Shown: positions 1 through 9,067 of the stretch, in pieces
Numbering within the stretch: the first letter of the stretch is position 1
Layout: every line of letters starts with the position of its first letter
Origin: Acidobacteriota bacterium
GTDB lineage: Bacteria; Acidobacteriota; CAIWXX01
Reading direction: 5' to 3'
DNA: 64,000 bases
NCBI GenBank assembly: GCA_040755995.1
Contig: JBFMAF010000027.1
Location: 17,392 to 81,391, forward strand
Made by a program: the position numbers and the translations under genes
Notes under the pieces: model-generated
What the model was told of the DNA's origin: nothing
What the model saw: only the letters and a program-made list of their open reading frames with translations
The model's database searches: none

Positions 1-8
1 TCCTGGGG

Positions 9-413
9 GTGATGCAGGTCGTCTGGGGCTTCCAGAGCATGCTCAGGTACAGGCGCTATGCGCACCTGGGCGGCCAGAGACTCTCGGCCGAGGATCTGGC
101 GCAGGGGCAGACGCAGATCGAGGCCATCTGGCGGGCAGACCTCAGCGGGACGCCCGACATCATCGAGTTCAAGACACGCGGATTTCTCAGTCAGCTGGTC
201 TGGCGCGGGAAGTTGCTGACGGGATCGCTGGCTACGCTGCGCAGTGGTAAGCCGTTCATGGTTGTGCCAAAGGGAGAAGCGGAATTGACGATTCCGGAGG
301 CCCAACTCCATCAAGACCCGATGAAGGGCAAGCTGCGTCTGGAGAAGTTGACGCTGGGCGTCGCGCTCTCCCGCGATGCATACGCGCGTTTCCAACAGTG
401 GAAGACGACATGA
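9..413 (+). CDS. hypothetical protein, probably 5'-truncated by the window edge
   Basis: 134-aa ORF whose stop overlaps an ATG of the next gene (ATGA at 410-413); no family recognised. Confidence 0.5.
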   Translation: MMQVVWGFQSMLRYRRYAHLGGQRLSAEDLAQGQTQIEAIWRADLSGTPDIIEFKTRGFLSQLVWRGKLLTGSLATLRSGKPFMVVPKGEAELTIPEAQLHQDPMKGKLRLEKLTLGVALSRDAYARFQQWKTT

Positions 414-1645
414 GAACGCCGAGCGAAGCGCCGGATAGCCGGATAGTGTGGGATCATGGCCCGTCGACGGCAGGCCGATGCCGCACGCCAGTGCTCTGCC
501 TGATGGCACTGCTGCTGCCCTGCGGGGCGTTCGGCGCGGAAGCCACATCGACAACTATCAAACCGCCGCCCGCCGGCAAGCTGTATCACGGCGTCTATCC
601 GGGCGGTCAGACCGGCGAGGAAGACGACCTCACACCGGCCGACCTGGCCTCCTACGAACAGACCGTCCAGAAGACGGCGGCGTGGGTCTACTTCTCCAAC
701 AACTGGTACGCCGATCGACGCTTCCCGCTGGCGACAGCGAGATGGATTCGCGACGCCGGCAGCGTCCCTTTCATTCGTCTCATGCTGCGCGACAGCCCGG
801 AGCAGAATCGGCCGAATCGCATCTTCACGCTGGAACGGATCCTCCAGGGCAAGTTCGACAAGAACCTTCGGGCGTGGGGCAGGGCCGCCCGCGATTTCGG
901 CACGCCGCTTCTTGTGGAGTACGGCACCGAGGTCAACGGCGAATGGTTCCCGTGGAACGGCAAGTGGAACGGCGGCGGCAAGACCGGAGCGTACGGAGAT
1001 CCGAAGTACCCGGACGGGCCCGAGCGCTTCCGCGACGCTTACCGCCACATCATCGATGTCGTGCGGCGCCAGGGCGCTACGAACATCACGTGGGTGTTTC
1101 ACGTGAACGGCGACGACTGGCCGCAGACGCGGTGGAACCGCTTCGAGAACTACTACCCGGGCGACAGCTATGTCGACTGGCTCGGTGTCAGCGCCTATGG
1201 CGCGCAGACTCCGACGGACGACTGGTGCGACGCCTTTGCCGCAATGCTGGATGCCGCCTACCCGCGCCTCGCCGCTTTGTCAGCCACAAAGCCGATCGCG
1301 GTCCTCGAGTTCGGTGTGACGGCGCGCAACCCGATCTGCGGCCAGGCCGCCTGGGCCGAGGCCGCGCTGACCAACCTCGTCGGCCTCCGCTGGCCCCGCG
1401 TCATCGCCTTCTCGTGGTGGAACGAGTATTGGCAGAACGACGACAACCCTGCCCACGACACCAACATGCGAGTGCAGGACAATCCAGCCCTCGCCGGCGT
1501 CTTCCAAAGACTGGTCGGCGCGAACGACGACGTACTGGGCAGGTTGATCCTGACCTGCAAGCCCGGTGGGTTGCGGCTCGGCAGGCAGCCATTCTGGACG
1601 GGATGGAGCACCACCATGTGGTCTTCACGGTGCCCCGTGTTCTGA
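398..1645 (+). CDS. secreted glycoside hydrolase, GH26-like (beta-mannanase-like)
   Basis: Signal peptide (LCLMALLLPCGAFGA); motifs EVNGEWFPW, NITWVFH, YYPGDSYVDWLGVSAY, KPIAVLEFG. Start may be 410. The last ~30 codons run into an IS remnant. Confidence 0.8.
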   Translation: MEDDMRTPSEAPDSRIVWDHGPSTAGRCRTPVLCLMALLLPCGAFGAEATSTTIKPPPAGKLYHGVYPGGQTGEEDDLTPADLASYEQTVQKTAAWVYFSNNWYADRRFPLATARWIRDAGSVPFIRLMLRDSPEQNRPNRIFTLERILQGKFDKNLRAWGRAARDFGTPLLVEYGTEVNGEWFPWNGKWNGGGKTGAYGDPKYPDGPERFRDAYRHIIDVVRRQGATNITWVFHVNGDDWPQTRWNRFENYYPGDSYVDWLGVSAYGAQTPTDDWCDAFAAMLDAAYPRLAALSATKPIAVLEFGVTARNPICGQAAWAEAALTNLVGLRWPRVIAFSWWNEYWQNDDNPAHDTNMRVQDNPALAGVFQRLVGANDDVLGRLILTCKPGGLRLGRQPFWTGWSTTMWSSRCPVF

Positions 1646-1770
1646 ACACTGTTTCCCGGAAAATCGGAGGGTCGCCGCCTAAGACCTCCTCTTGTGGCCG
1701 TCTCTGAGACACTTCGCCAGGTGGGTGCGGCCTCTGAGGCACCTCGGAGCCGCCGTTGGTTTCACAGCCG
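1557..1770 (+). mobile_element. degraded IS91-family (Y2/HUH) transposase fragment
   Basis: Across frameshifts reads QARWVAARQAAILDGMEHHHVVFTVPRVL...DLLL...AVSETLRQVGAA...RHLGAAVGFTA, matching the recalled IS91-type pattern ARWLAARQAELL-HVVFTLP...ASAETL...KHLGARIGF. Confidence 0.7.
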
Positions 1771-1858
1771 ACGGGCCATCTGTGTCATATTACGCACCGA
1801 CAGCGTCAGCCGACCTCCCTGACGCTAGGCGCGCGCCTGGCACGGGAGGACTTATGGT

Positions 1859-1874
1859 TGGCACGCAATTTGCA
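1859..1874 (+). promoter_or_regulatory. sigma54 (RpoN) -24/-12 promoter
   Basis: TGGCAC-GCAAT-TTGCA, exact consensus, 50 nt upstream of the cytochrome ATG. Confidence 0.8.
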
Positions 1875-1923
1875 AAACATTGCGGAGTAGCTTATTTCGT
1901 TTCGCTGGACGGAGAAGGGACAA

Positions 1924-3036
1924 ATGGACATGGCAGATTACAGACTAATCACCGGCATCACGATGGCGTCCGTCTCCCTCGCGACCGTGCTCATCGCGGG
2001 CACCACTGAGCGCACCCCGGCAGGCACCACTGAGCGCACCCCGGCATCTAGGCCCGGCTCCGGCAACCTCGGACCGTTGCCCCAAGCAGAGGCGGCTTTC
2101 ACATCGCACGCTCCCTATGAGACCGGCGACTGCGGACTCTGCCACAAGCAATCGGATCCGCGTGCCTCGGGAGCTCTCGCCCGCCCCGTGGCCGAGCTGT
2201 GCCTGGGCTGTCACGAAGACTTCAAACAGGTGTTGAGCAGGAGGTTCGCGCATGCGGCGGCCGAAGACAGCTGCGTGAACTGTCACAACCCGCACAATTC
2301 GAAACAGCCGAAGCTGCTCCTCGCAGACCCGAAGGGCCTCTGCCTAGGCTGCCACGACTCCATCAAAGATCTGGCGTTGCGCTCGAAGGTCGTGCACGGT
2401 GCGCTGTCTACCGGCGGCAAGTGCGCGGGCTGCCACGACCCCCACGGGTCCGAGATTGAGCATCTCTTGCTCCGGCTCCCCTTCGACCTCTGCGTGAAGT
2501 GTCATGCCCAGGACGGTCTTCTCGACACGCAGGGGAAGGCTCTTACGAACATGAGGAAGCTGCTGGACGAGAACTCCGTCTGGCACGGACCGGTGAGCAA
2601 CAAAGATTGTACTTCATGCCATGACCCGCACGCCGGATCGCTGTTCCGGATGCTCGCCGCGGAGTATCCGCCGGAGTTCTACGCGCCGTACGATCCGAAG
2701 CTCTATGCGCTCTGTTTCACCTGTCACAACGAGCAGATGCTGGCGACCCCGGAAACCACCACACTCACCCAGTTTCGCGACGGCGCGCAGAATCTGCACT
2801 ACCTGCACGTGCGCCGATCGGAGCGAGGGAGGACGTGCCGGGCCTGCCATGAGGTGCACGCGTCGAAGCAGCCTCATCAGATTCGCGACGGCGTGCCCTA
2901 CGGATCAGGTGGATGGATTCTGAAGACCAACTACCGAGAGACACCGGAGGGCGGGGTCTGCGAGAAGACGTGTCACGCGACCAAGACCTACGTCAACACG
3001 GCGCCTTCACCTGGGACTCGGCCATCGACGGAGTGA
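1924..3036 (+). CDS. multiheme cytochrome c, ~10 hemes (paired-CXXCH / cytochrome c3-like)
   Basis: 9 CXXCH plus terminal CEKTCH (CX3CH); repeated CxxCHxPH...LL...LCxxCH; hydrophobic N-terminal signal. Confidence 0.9.
   Translation: MDMADYRLITGITMASVSLATVLIAGTTERTPAGTTERTPASRPGSGNLGPLPQAEAAFTSHAPYETGDCGLCHKQSDPRASGALARPVAELCLGCHEDFKQVLSRRFAHAAAEDSCVNCHNPHNSKQPKLLLADPKGLCLGCHDSIKDLALRSKVVHGALSTGGKCAGCHDPHGSEIEHLLLRLPFDLCVKCHAQDGLLDTQGKALTNMRKLLDENSVWHGPVSNKDCTSCHDPHAGSLFRMLAAEYPPEFYAPYDPKLYALCFTCHNEQMLATPETTTLTQFRDGAQNLHYLHVRRSERGRTCRACHEVHASKQPHQIRDGVPYGSGGWILKTNYRETPEGGVCEKTCHATKTYVNTAPSPGTRPSTE
1999..2046 (+). repeat. perfect in-frame 24-bp tandem duplication (GTTERTPA x2)
   Basis: GGCACCACTGAGCGCACCCCGGCA occurs twice in tandem. 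Confidence 0.9.
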
Positions 3037-3038
3037 TC

Positions 3039-3899
3039 ATGGAGCCAAGACTGGCTCGAATCGGCGCCCGGGCTGGGATCCTGCTCTGGTCGTGTTCGAC
3101 TATCCACCCAACGTGTGCTTCCTCGTTTGCGAACATGCCGGTAGGAACGATCATCGAGGATGTGGAGCTTCGCGGCCCGGACGGGGCAGAGCGCCACTTG
3201 CTGGAGGCGGACAGCATCAATGTGTTCATGTTCGTGAACCCGGAGCAAGAGCATTCCCTGTCAGCGGTGCGCGCGATGGCAGAGCTTCGAGAAGAATTCG
3301 CAGGGAAGCCGGTACATTGGGGCGTAATCGTCACTGACAGAGCGCCGCAGGCTGCGGTGGAATCGATGACAGGGCGCGGCAACGCGTCAATACCCGTGCT
3401 CTTGGACAAAGGGGATGTGCTCTACGGACGGTTTGGCGTCGCGCTCTTCCCGGTCGCCGGCATTACCGACCGGTCTTCCAGACTCGCCTTCTACGAGCCT
3501 TTTTCGAAAGTGCACTACCCGACCGTGATCCGGGCAAGGATCAGGTACCTGCTTGGCGAGATCGATCAAGCGGAGATGATGCGGGCTGTTGCGCCTCCAG
3601 CCGAGGCGGAGGTCGCTGATGCTGACGTGGCCCGGCGATTCCTCAAGCTTGCCGAGATGCTGTACCAGTCTGGAAAGTACGAGAAGGCAGCCGAGTCAGT
3701 CCGTCACAGCATCGAGAAAGACGAGACCCTTGTCGCGTCGCATGTGCTACTCGGTAGGGTCCTCGCCGCCCTGGGCAGATGCGAGGAGGCGATCGAGGCA
3801 TTTGAGCGGGCGAAGCAGCTGGACCCGGGGGATCCCGGAGCAACCGGCCCACGCCCGGATTGTACCCAGTCGACGGGCGGCGGTCGTCTCACGCCCTGA
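3039..3899 (+). CDS. redoxin-like (AhpC/TSA fold) plus TPR protein
   Basis: Start reassigned to ATG 3039 just after the cytochrome stop; PVLLDKGDVLYGRFGVALFP resembles the redoxin cis-Pro region; C-terminal TPR pattern (SHVLLGRVLAALGRCEEAIEAFERAKQLDP). Confidence 0.6.
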   Translation: MEPRLARIGARAGILLWSCSTIHPTCASSFANMPVGTIIEDVELRGPDGAERHLLEADSINVFMFVNPEQEHSLSAVRAMAELREEFAGKPVHWGVIVTDRAPQAAVESMTGRGNASIPVLLDKGDVLYGRFGVALFPVAGITDRSSRLAFYEPFSKVHYPTVIRARIRYLLGEIDQAEMMRAVAPPAEAEVADADVARRFLKLAEMLYQSGKYEKAAESVRHSIEKDETLVASHVLLGRVLAALGRCEEAIEAFERAKQLDPGDPGATGPRPDCTQSTGGGRLTP

Positions 3900-4087
3900 C
3901 GCCGAACTGAAGAACGCGCGGCGATATCTGCGCGGCGAGGAGCTGTTCCCGCACCCCGGCGCAGAGTACTATGATTAACGCGGCGCTCAGGCGCTCACGG
4001 GAGCTGGATGGTCACGAGGCCAACTGCGACCTTGCAAGGAGCGTGACAGGGCAGCGGCACAACTGGCCGCAGGTCCGCCCGCGCAAG

Positions 4088-4846
4088 TCACTTGAGGTGA
4101 CAGGTGTTGCACAATGCGCTGTTCTGATTCGGCTTCCTGAGGAAGGGGAAAACGTCGGGATCGTGCACATTGTGACAGGAAGGGCATTCGATCTTCCCTC
4201 CGTACAGCTTCACATCGTATGACGAGCTGCCGCCCCACCCCGTCATGGGGTTATCGGGCGCAGTGAAATCGGGATCCAATGCAGGAGTCGGGTAGATCAT
4301 TCCTATGGGATGGTCATTCCGGAGGTCAGTTCCCAAGTATGACATCAGTGCGTCGTGTCCCCAGGTTCCGTCGTGGCACATACTGCAGGTCGCGCCAGAA
4401 GCGGGATCAGGGTCCATCCTCCAGTGGGCAGGCGCTGCCGGAATGCCGTACCACGGACCACCCAGGTTGGCGCCGCTGCCGGGGGCGTTCAGTACCTCAT
4501 CGACAGCGATCGTTCCATCGTGGCACGACAGGCATGCGAGAGAGTATCCACCGGGCTGACCGGGGGTTGAATCCATAGTCGGGCTCGAATACAAGGTATA
4601 CGACTGGCTGGGCGTCCTATGATTCCACAGCGGCGCATCGATCAGGGTAGTCGCGCCGTGCGGCGTATGGCAGTACACGCAGACCTCCCCGTAGTTGTTC
4701 ATCGTGTTGGGATGGATGAGGTTGGCCGGTATGACATGCGTCAGGTCATGCTTGGTACCGACTACTGTTCCGGAGAAAATCGGCACAGCGGCCACAGCCG
4801 CAACCGCCGAGACCACCAGCCACAGACGCATCCGGTTGGCTCTCAT
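4088..4846 (-). CDS. OmcE-like cytochrome c, pentaheme variant
   Basis: Signal peptide then TKHDL, CVYCHTPH, PLWN, YSSPTM, CLSCHDG, extra CSMCH, LGTDLRNDHP, ECPSCHNVH, PFLR, LCNTCHLK; start 4846 or 4831. Confidence 0.85.
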   Translation of the reverse strand: MRANRMRLWLVVSAVAAVAAVPIFSGTVVGTKHDLTHVIPANLIHPNTMNNYGEVCVYCHTPHGATTLIDAPLWNHRTPSQSYTLYSSPTMDSTPGQPGGYSLACLSCHDGTIAVDEVLNAPGSGANLGGPWYGIPAAPAHWRMDPDPASGATCSMCHDGTWGHDALMSYLGTDLRNDHPIGMIYPTPALDPDFTAPDNPMTGWGGSSSYDVKLYGGKIECPSCHNVHDPDVFPFLRKPNQNSALCNTCHLK

Positions 4847-4889
4847 CGTACACGACGCCCTGTGCATATACCACGCACATCGCGTATCA

Positions 4890-4905
4890 AGCAAATTCTG
4901 TGCCG
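4890..4905 (-). promoter_or_regulatory. sigma54 -24/-12 promoter
   Basis: Minus strand CGGCAC-AGAAT-TTGCT, ~45 nt upstream of the ATG at 4846. Confidence 0.7.
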
Positions 4906-5238
4906 GGAGAATGCATTCCCCGCAGGGGGTGCACACAACTGCGATTTCAACGAGATATCGGCAGTCACTCCGTTCCCAAACCAGCGGTGGCGTGTTCGGA
5001 GTATTTCGGGACTGCGCGAAATCACGCTCAAAGTGGGTGAAAATGCACAGAAGGCACCGGGCAGAGCCGGGGATGCCTGGGTTGCCACCGGTTGACCGCT
5101 CTGCGGGCACCAGGCGCGATTCCGCAGACGTGTTGGAGGATCGGGGATCATGCCGTTTGAATCGCAGTGAATCCAAGCAGTCCGATGAGGACGGCCCATG
5201 ATCAGGGCATCGAGGGCGGAGGGTATGCCGAGATGTTG

Positions 5239-5254
5239 CGGCATCGTGCTTGCA
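5239..5254 (+). promoter_or_regulatory. sigma54 -24/-12 promoter
   Basis: CGGCAT-CGTGC-TTGCA, 90 nt upstream of the ATG at 5344. Confidence 0.6.
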
Positions 5255-5343
5255 TACCTGAAGGTGTATGCTGGTCAGGTGGTCGTCGCCCAACGGGGCA
5301 ATGCATTTGTCAACACGGAGTTGACTACACTGAGCCGACTCGA

Positions 5344-7614
5344 ATGACTTGCGCCGTGAACCGGTCCAGACGCCTCGCCACTGGCGGACTTCCGCTCGTC
5401 GGTCTCACCCTGATGATCGCGTGGCTTTCGTTTCCAAGAAGACCCAGCGTGTTCCCGCTGGACGATGCGTATATCCACCTATCATACGTCAAGAACCTAG
5501 CGGAAACGGGGGCACTGTGTTTCAATCCGGGTGAACCAAGCATCGGCACATCGAGTCCTCTGTGGGTAGCATTCCTGGTCCCATTCTACCTGGCCGGACT
5601 CGACATGTACTGGACCGTGCAGCTCACAAACCTCTTCCTTCTTGGTCTACTGAGCTATCTGGCGATGGACATCACGAGGACCATCGCCGTTTCGTTCTTC
5701 CAGACTGAGGGCGAGGCCATGCCCTGGTCGTTCCTCGGCGGTCTCCTGCTTGTTCTGAACGGGAACGTCCTCTGGTTCGCTCTGAGCGGCATGGAAACGA
5801 TGCTCTACCTCTGCACCTGTCTTCTCGCGATCAAGCTCTACCTCCTGCGAGGATTCGATTACATCACCGGCTTGACATGCGGTCTCGTGTTTCTGGCTCG
5901 TGAGACTGGAGTGGTACTGGGACTGGTCTTCCTAGTGGCCGACTCTTCGAGCAGGCGATTCTTGCGGCTCTTCAGAGGAGCAATGGCAATGCTGCTTGTC
6001 ATATCTCCTTATCTTTGGCTGACGGTGCGGGTTACAGGCGGATGGTTTCCCTCGACGGCGAGAGGCAAGCTGGCCTCCTATGTCGACGGAGGGCTCGATT
6101 GGCAACGGATACCCAGGACCGATCTACATGATGACCTCGCAATCCGAAACCTGATCGAGAAGCGGGTATTCGAGGAAGACCCAACGTCTCGCGATTATGT
6201 GCTCTTTTGCAGAGACGTGAAGACTGAGTCCGACCTGAGCCAGCGTCTGCGGGCCGCGGGTATCTCCGAAAGTGAGGAGTTCCTGGCTGAGTGGCGCCTC
6301 ACGCATCGGAATCACATATACTGGTATTTGAAGACGGTTCTTCTCTACCAGAAGTACCAGCCGCAGAACCTGCTGCTGATGGCAGTTCTGTGTGCCTGGC
6401 TCATTCATCTCATCTACACTTCCTCGCGGCGATGGCGAGAGACAAAGAAGCTCCTCACCGGTCGACTCGTGGGTTGTTCCGTGTTGATTGCATGGGGATT
6501 TCTGCATCTCTCGCTTCACGCGGTCGGCTTTCGCACTCTGCTTCATCACACCCGATACCTTGCTGACGAGTACCTCATCCTCGCCATCGCCGGATCGCTG
6601 GGTTTCATCTGGCTTCACAGACGATACACGCGCTCCGCGGCGCTCCTCGCCGGTGTCGCCCTCTTCACGAGTGCAGGCGGACTCTTCTACTGGCGGGACG
6701 TATATGCTCACGACATCAAGCATATGGATGACGTGTATGTTCGGATGGGAGACTGGATAGAGAGAAATACACCGGACGATGCCAGGATCGCAGCCTTCGA
6801 CATCGGGGTACTCCGCTATGTCGGGAATCGTTATACGATAGATCTGGGCGGACTAGTCGATGCAAACGTCGTTCCGTATCTTGCCAGGAGGGAGTGCGGG
6901 GAATATGTCCGCCAAAGAAGAGCCGACTACATTCTCTATTCTCGTAACCTCGAAGTTGACTACTTCACCGGCCTCTATCTGGCAGAGTACGAGGGAAGGA
7001 GACTGCTCAAGCAAGCACCAGTCGTTCATTTCGATACGTCACAATACAGTGCCCCCACTCTTACTCATTCTTTTCGATTGGATTTGACCCGGATCGCTGG
7101 GTGGCTCGACCCAACGATCGACGGGATTCAGCGGGCTTTTTGCTATGATGGACGTCCATACCAGGTGATCAACGAAACCGTCGATAATAGACTCGAGTTC
7201 GTTGGATACTCCGTGGACCAGCGGGCGATCGAGCTCATTCCTTACTATCCCTACGGAACAAACGTGGTCTTCTTCTTCAGAGCTCGCCAGCGCCTGAGCC
7301 ACCTCTACTGGGTGCACCTGGCCCTGTTTGATTCCGAAGGCCGCGTCTTCTATCTGTTCAGTCACATACCCACCCACAACTTGCTCCCCTATGACCAGTG
7401 GCCGGTAGGTCAGCTAGTTCAGGAGCACCACATACTGTTCGCTCCGACCCCAATGCCGAGAGCGAGGTTCCACATCAGGGTGACTGTCAACAGGACCCCT
7501 TTCCTCGATAGATCTCGCCTCGGTGAGCTTGCCTGGTACGAACTCGGAACTTACGAGAATCTCGGGAACGCACTTCATCCAATGGACCATCAAGAACTGA
7601 TGTGCTTTCCCTGA
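5344..7614 (+). CDS. multi-pass membrane glycosyltransferase-like protein (GT-C type)
   Basis: DDAYI after TM1, FNPGEP..GTSSPLW, SGMET, many TM helices, IDLGGLVD and a soluble C-terminal domain ending W.VGQLVQE. Confidence 0.75.
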   Translation: MTCAVNRSRRLATGGLPLVGLTLMIAWLSFPRRPSVFPLDDAYIHLSYVKNLAETGALCFNPGEPSIGTSSPLWVAFLVPFYLAGLDMYWTVQLTNLFLLGLLSYLAMDITRTIAVSFFQTEGEAMPWSFLGGLLLVLNGNVLWFALSGMETMLYLCTCLLAIKLYLLRGFDYITGLTCGLVFLARETGVVLGLVFLVADSSSRRFLRLFRGAMAMLLVISPYLWLTVRVTGGWFPSTARGKLASYVDGGLDWQRIPRTDLHDDLAIRNLIEKRVFEEDPTSRDYVLFCRDVKTESDLSQRLRAAGISESEEFLAEWRLTHRNHIYWYLKTVLLYQKYQPQNLLLMAVLCAWLIHLIYTSSRRWRETKKLLTGRLVGCSVLIAWGFLHLSLHAVGFRTLLHHTRYLADEYLILAIAGSLGFIWLHRRYTRSAALLAGVALFTSAGGLFYWRDVYAHDIKHMDDVYVRMGDWIERNTPDDARIAAFDIGVLRYVGNRYTIDLGGLVDANVVPYLARRECGEYVRQRRADYILYSRNLEVDYFTGLYLAEYEGRRLLKQAPVVHFDTSQYSAPTLTHSFRLDLTRIAGWLDPTIDGIQRAFCYDGRPYQVINETVDNRLEFVGYSVDQRAIELIPYYPYGTNVVFFFRARQRLSHLYWVHLALFDSEGRVFYLFSHIPTHNLLPYDQWPVGQLVQEHHILFAPTPMPRARFHIRVTVNRTPFLDRSRLGELAWYELGTYENLGNALHPMDHQELMCFP

Positions 7615-7624
7615 AGCGACCCCA

Positions 7625-8974
7625 ATGAAGAAACTCAGGATCGTCGCTGCCGCGCTTTGTTGGCTTGGCTCCACCGGTTCGGCTCCGTTGCACTGTGCCG
7701 CACACCCCAATGTCGTGCTGATAATCATCGATACCTTACGCGCGGATAAGCTCGGGTGCTACGGGTCCAGGGAAGACACTTCTCCGGAACTGGACGGATT
7801 GGCAGAAATGGGAATTCAGTTCACCAAGATCTATGCTCAGTGCAGCTGGACCCGTCCTTCAGTGGGTTCCCTGCTCACATCGCTCTACCCTCGGTCAATC
7901 GGCCTGTATGGTGGTCATCCTGGGGAGAAGCTGCATGACTGCTACTCGACTCTACCCGAGATCCTCAAGGCCCGTGGGTACTACACCCTCGGCATTACTG
8001 CGAACCCGACCATCAACACCATCTTCAATCTTGATCAGGGGTTCGATGAGTACATCGACAGCGATGTGGTCTGGGATTGCATGCTGGGGCTGGAAAAGGG
8101 CAAGAAGGAGTACAAACCGGATGTTGTCCCGCTCCCGAATTCAGAGCGTATCTTCAGGACAGTCCTGGATAGGGCCAGGGCCATCTCGAAGAGGCCCGTT
8201 TACCTACAGATCAACGTCATGGAGGTTCACGAAGGTTGGCGCTTGATCAGGCCGGAGTTCAAGAACATCTTTGCGAACCGCCCATTCCACTGGTACCTTG
8301 AGGCCGTCAGACAGACATCGCTTGACGTGCACCGCTTCGTCACGGAATGGCTGTCCATCCCCGGGTTTCAGGACACCTTGTTTGTGATCACGAGCGATCA
8401 TGGGCAGGGACTGGATGACCACCCACATGTTGCGAACTCACAGGATCACGGGTATCTCTTGTATGAATCCCAGCTTTCGGTGCCCCTCATTCTCTACCAT
8501 CCCTCCGGTGCGTGGGAGCGGGGGAAGAAGATTGACCGACCTGCGAGGTTGATGGATCTCATGCCCACGATCCTGGACTACCTTGATATCCCCTGCCCTG
8601 ATAATATCCAGGGGATTTCCTTGCTGGAGTTGATATCGCATGGGAGCTCGTCTGTGAGCTTGCCGGAGTACTTCGTGTCTGAGACGTATTTTGACGGGAG
8701 TGAGAAGCTCGCTGTCTACTCCGGACGATGGAAGTATATTGAGAATCGAGATTCTCAAGAAGGCGTGAACAAGGTTGAATTGCAGCCGATCGGAGTCAAA
8801 GAGGACGGTGCACTGACCGACCAGATTCGCGAGAACGACGGAATCCGCCGGGCGATGCGGGCATTTCTTGAATCATGGGAGTTGTCTTTCCCCAGGGCGG
8901 AGGGTACTCCCGCCGATGGGAAGTTCAGGGAGGAGGAGATTCAACAGCTGAAGTCTTTGGGCTACCTGGACTAG
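7625..8974 (+). CDS. sulfatase / alkaline-phosphatase superfamily protein
   Basis: PNVVLIIIDTLRADKL, CSWTRPSVGSLLT, ITSDHG, HGYLLYE, DLMPTILD and C-terminal LKSLGYL; signal peptide. Confidence 0.85.
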   Translation: MKKLRIVAAALCWLGSTGSAPLHCAAHPNVVLIIIDTLRADKLGCYGSREDTSPELDGLAEMGIQFTKIYAQCSWTRPSVGSLLTSLYPRSIGLYGGHPGEKLHDCYSTLPEILKARGYYTLGITANPTINTIFNLDQGFDEYIDSDVVWDCMLGLEKGKKEYKPDVVPLPNSERIFRTVLDRARAISKRPVYLQINVMEVHEGWRLIRPEFKNIFANRPFHWYLEAVRQTSLDVHRFVTEWLSIPGFQDTLFVITSDHGQGLDDHPHVANSQDHGYLLYESQLSVPLILYHPSGAWERGKKIDRPARLMDLMPTILDYLDIPCPDNIQGISLLELISHGSSSVSLPEYFVSETYFDGSEKLAVYSGRWKYIENRDSQEGVNKVELQPIGVKEDGALTDQIRENDGIRRAMRAFLESWELSFPRAEGTPADGKFREEEIQQLKSLGYLD

Positions 8975-9067
8975 GAACTCCCAGATGGCTGAATCCTGAG
9001 AAGGCGTGGTGAGCATGATCGTGCGGCTCTTGCAGAGGGGGCGACGCGATCCCGTCGAGCCGCCTGG

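Noticed and set aside
3898..3978. Peptide DAELKNARRYLRGEELFPHPGAEYYD-stop after the TPR gene, possibly a gene remnant
   Set aside because: Too short, no start and no recognisable family
4088..5293. 401-aa version of the cytochrome in the ORF track
   Set aside because: The upstream 149 codons cross the promoter region and overlap the opposite ORF; the signal peptide and sigma54 box support a start at 4846 or 4831
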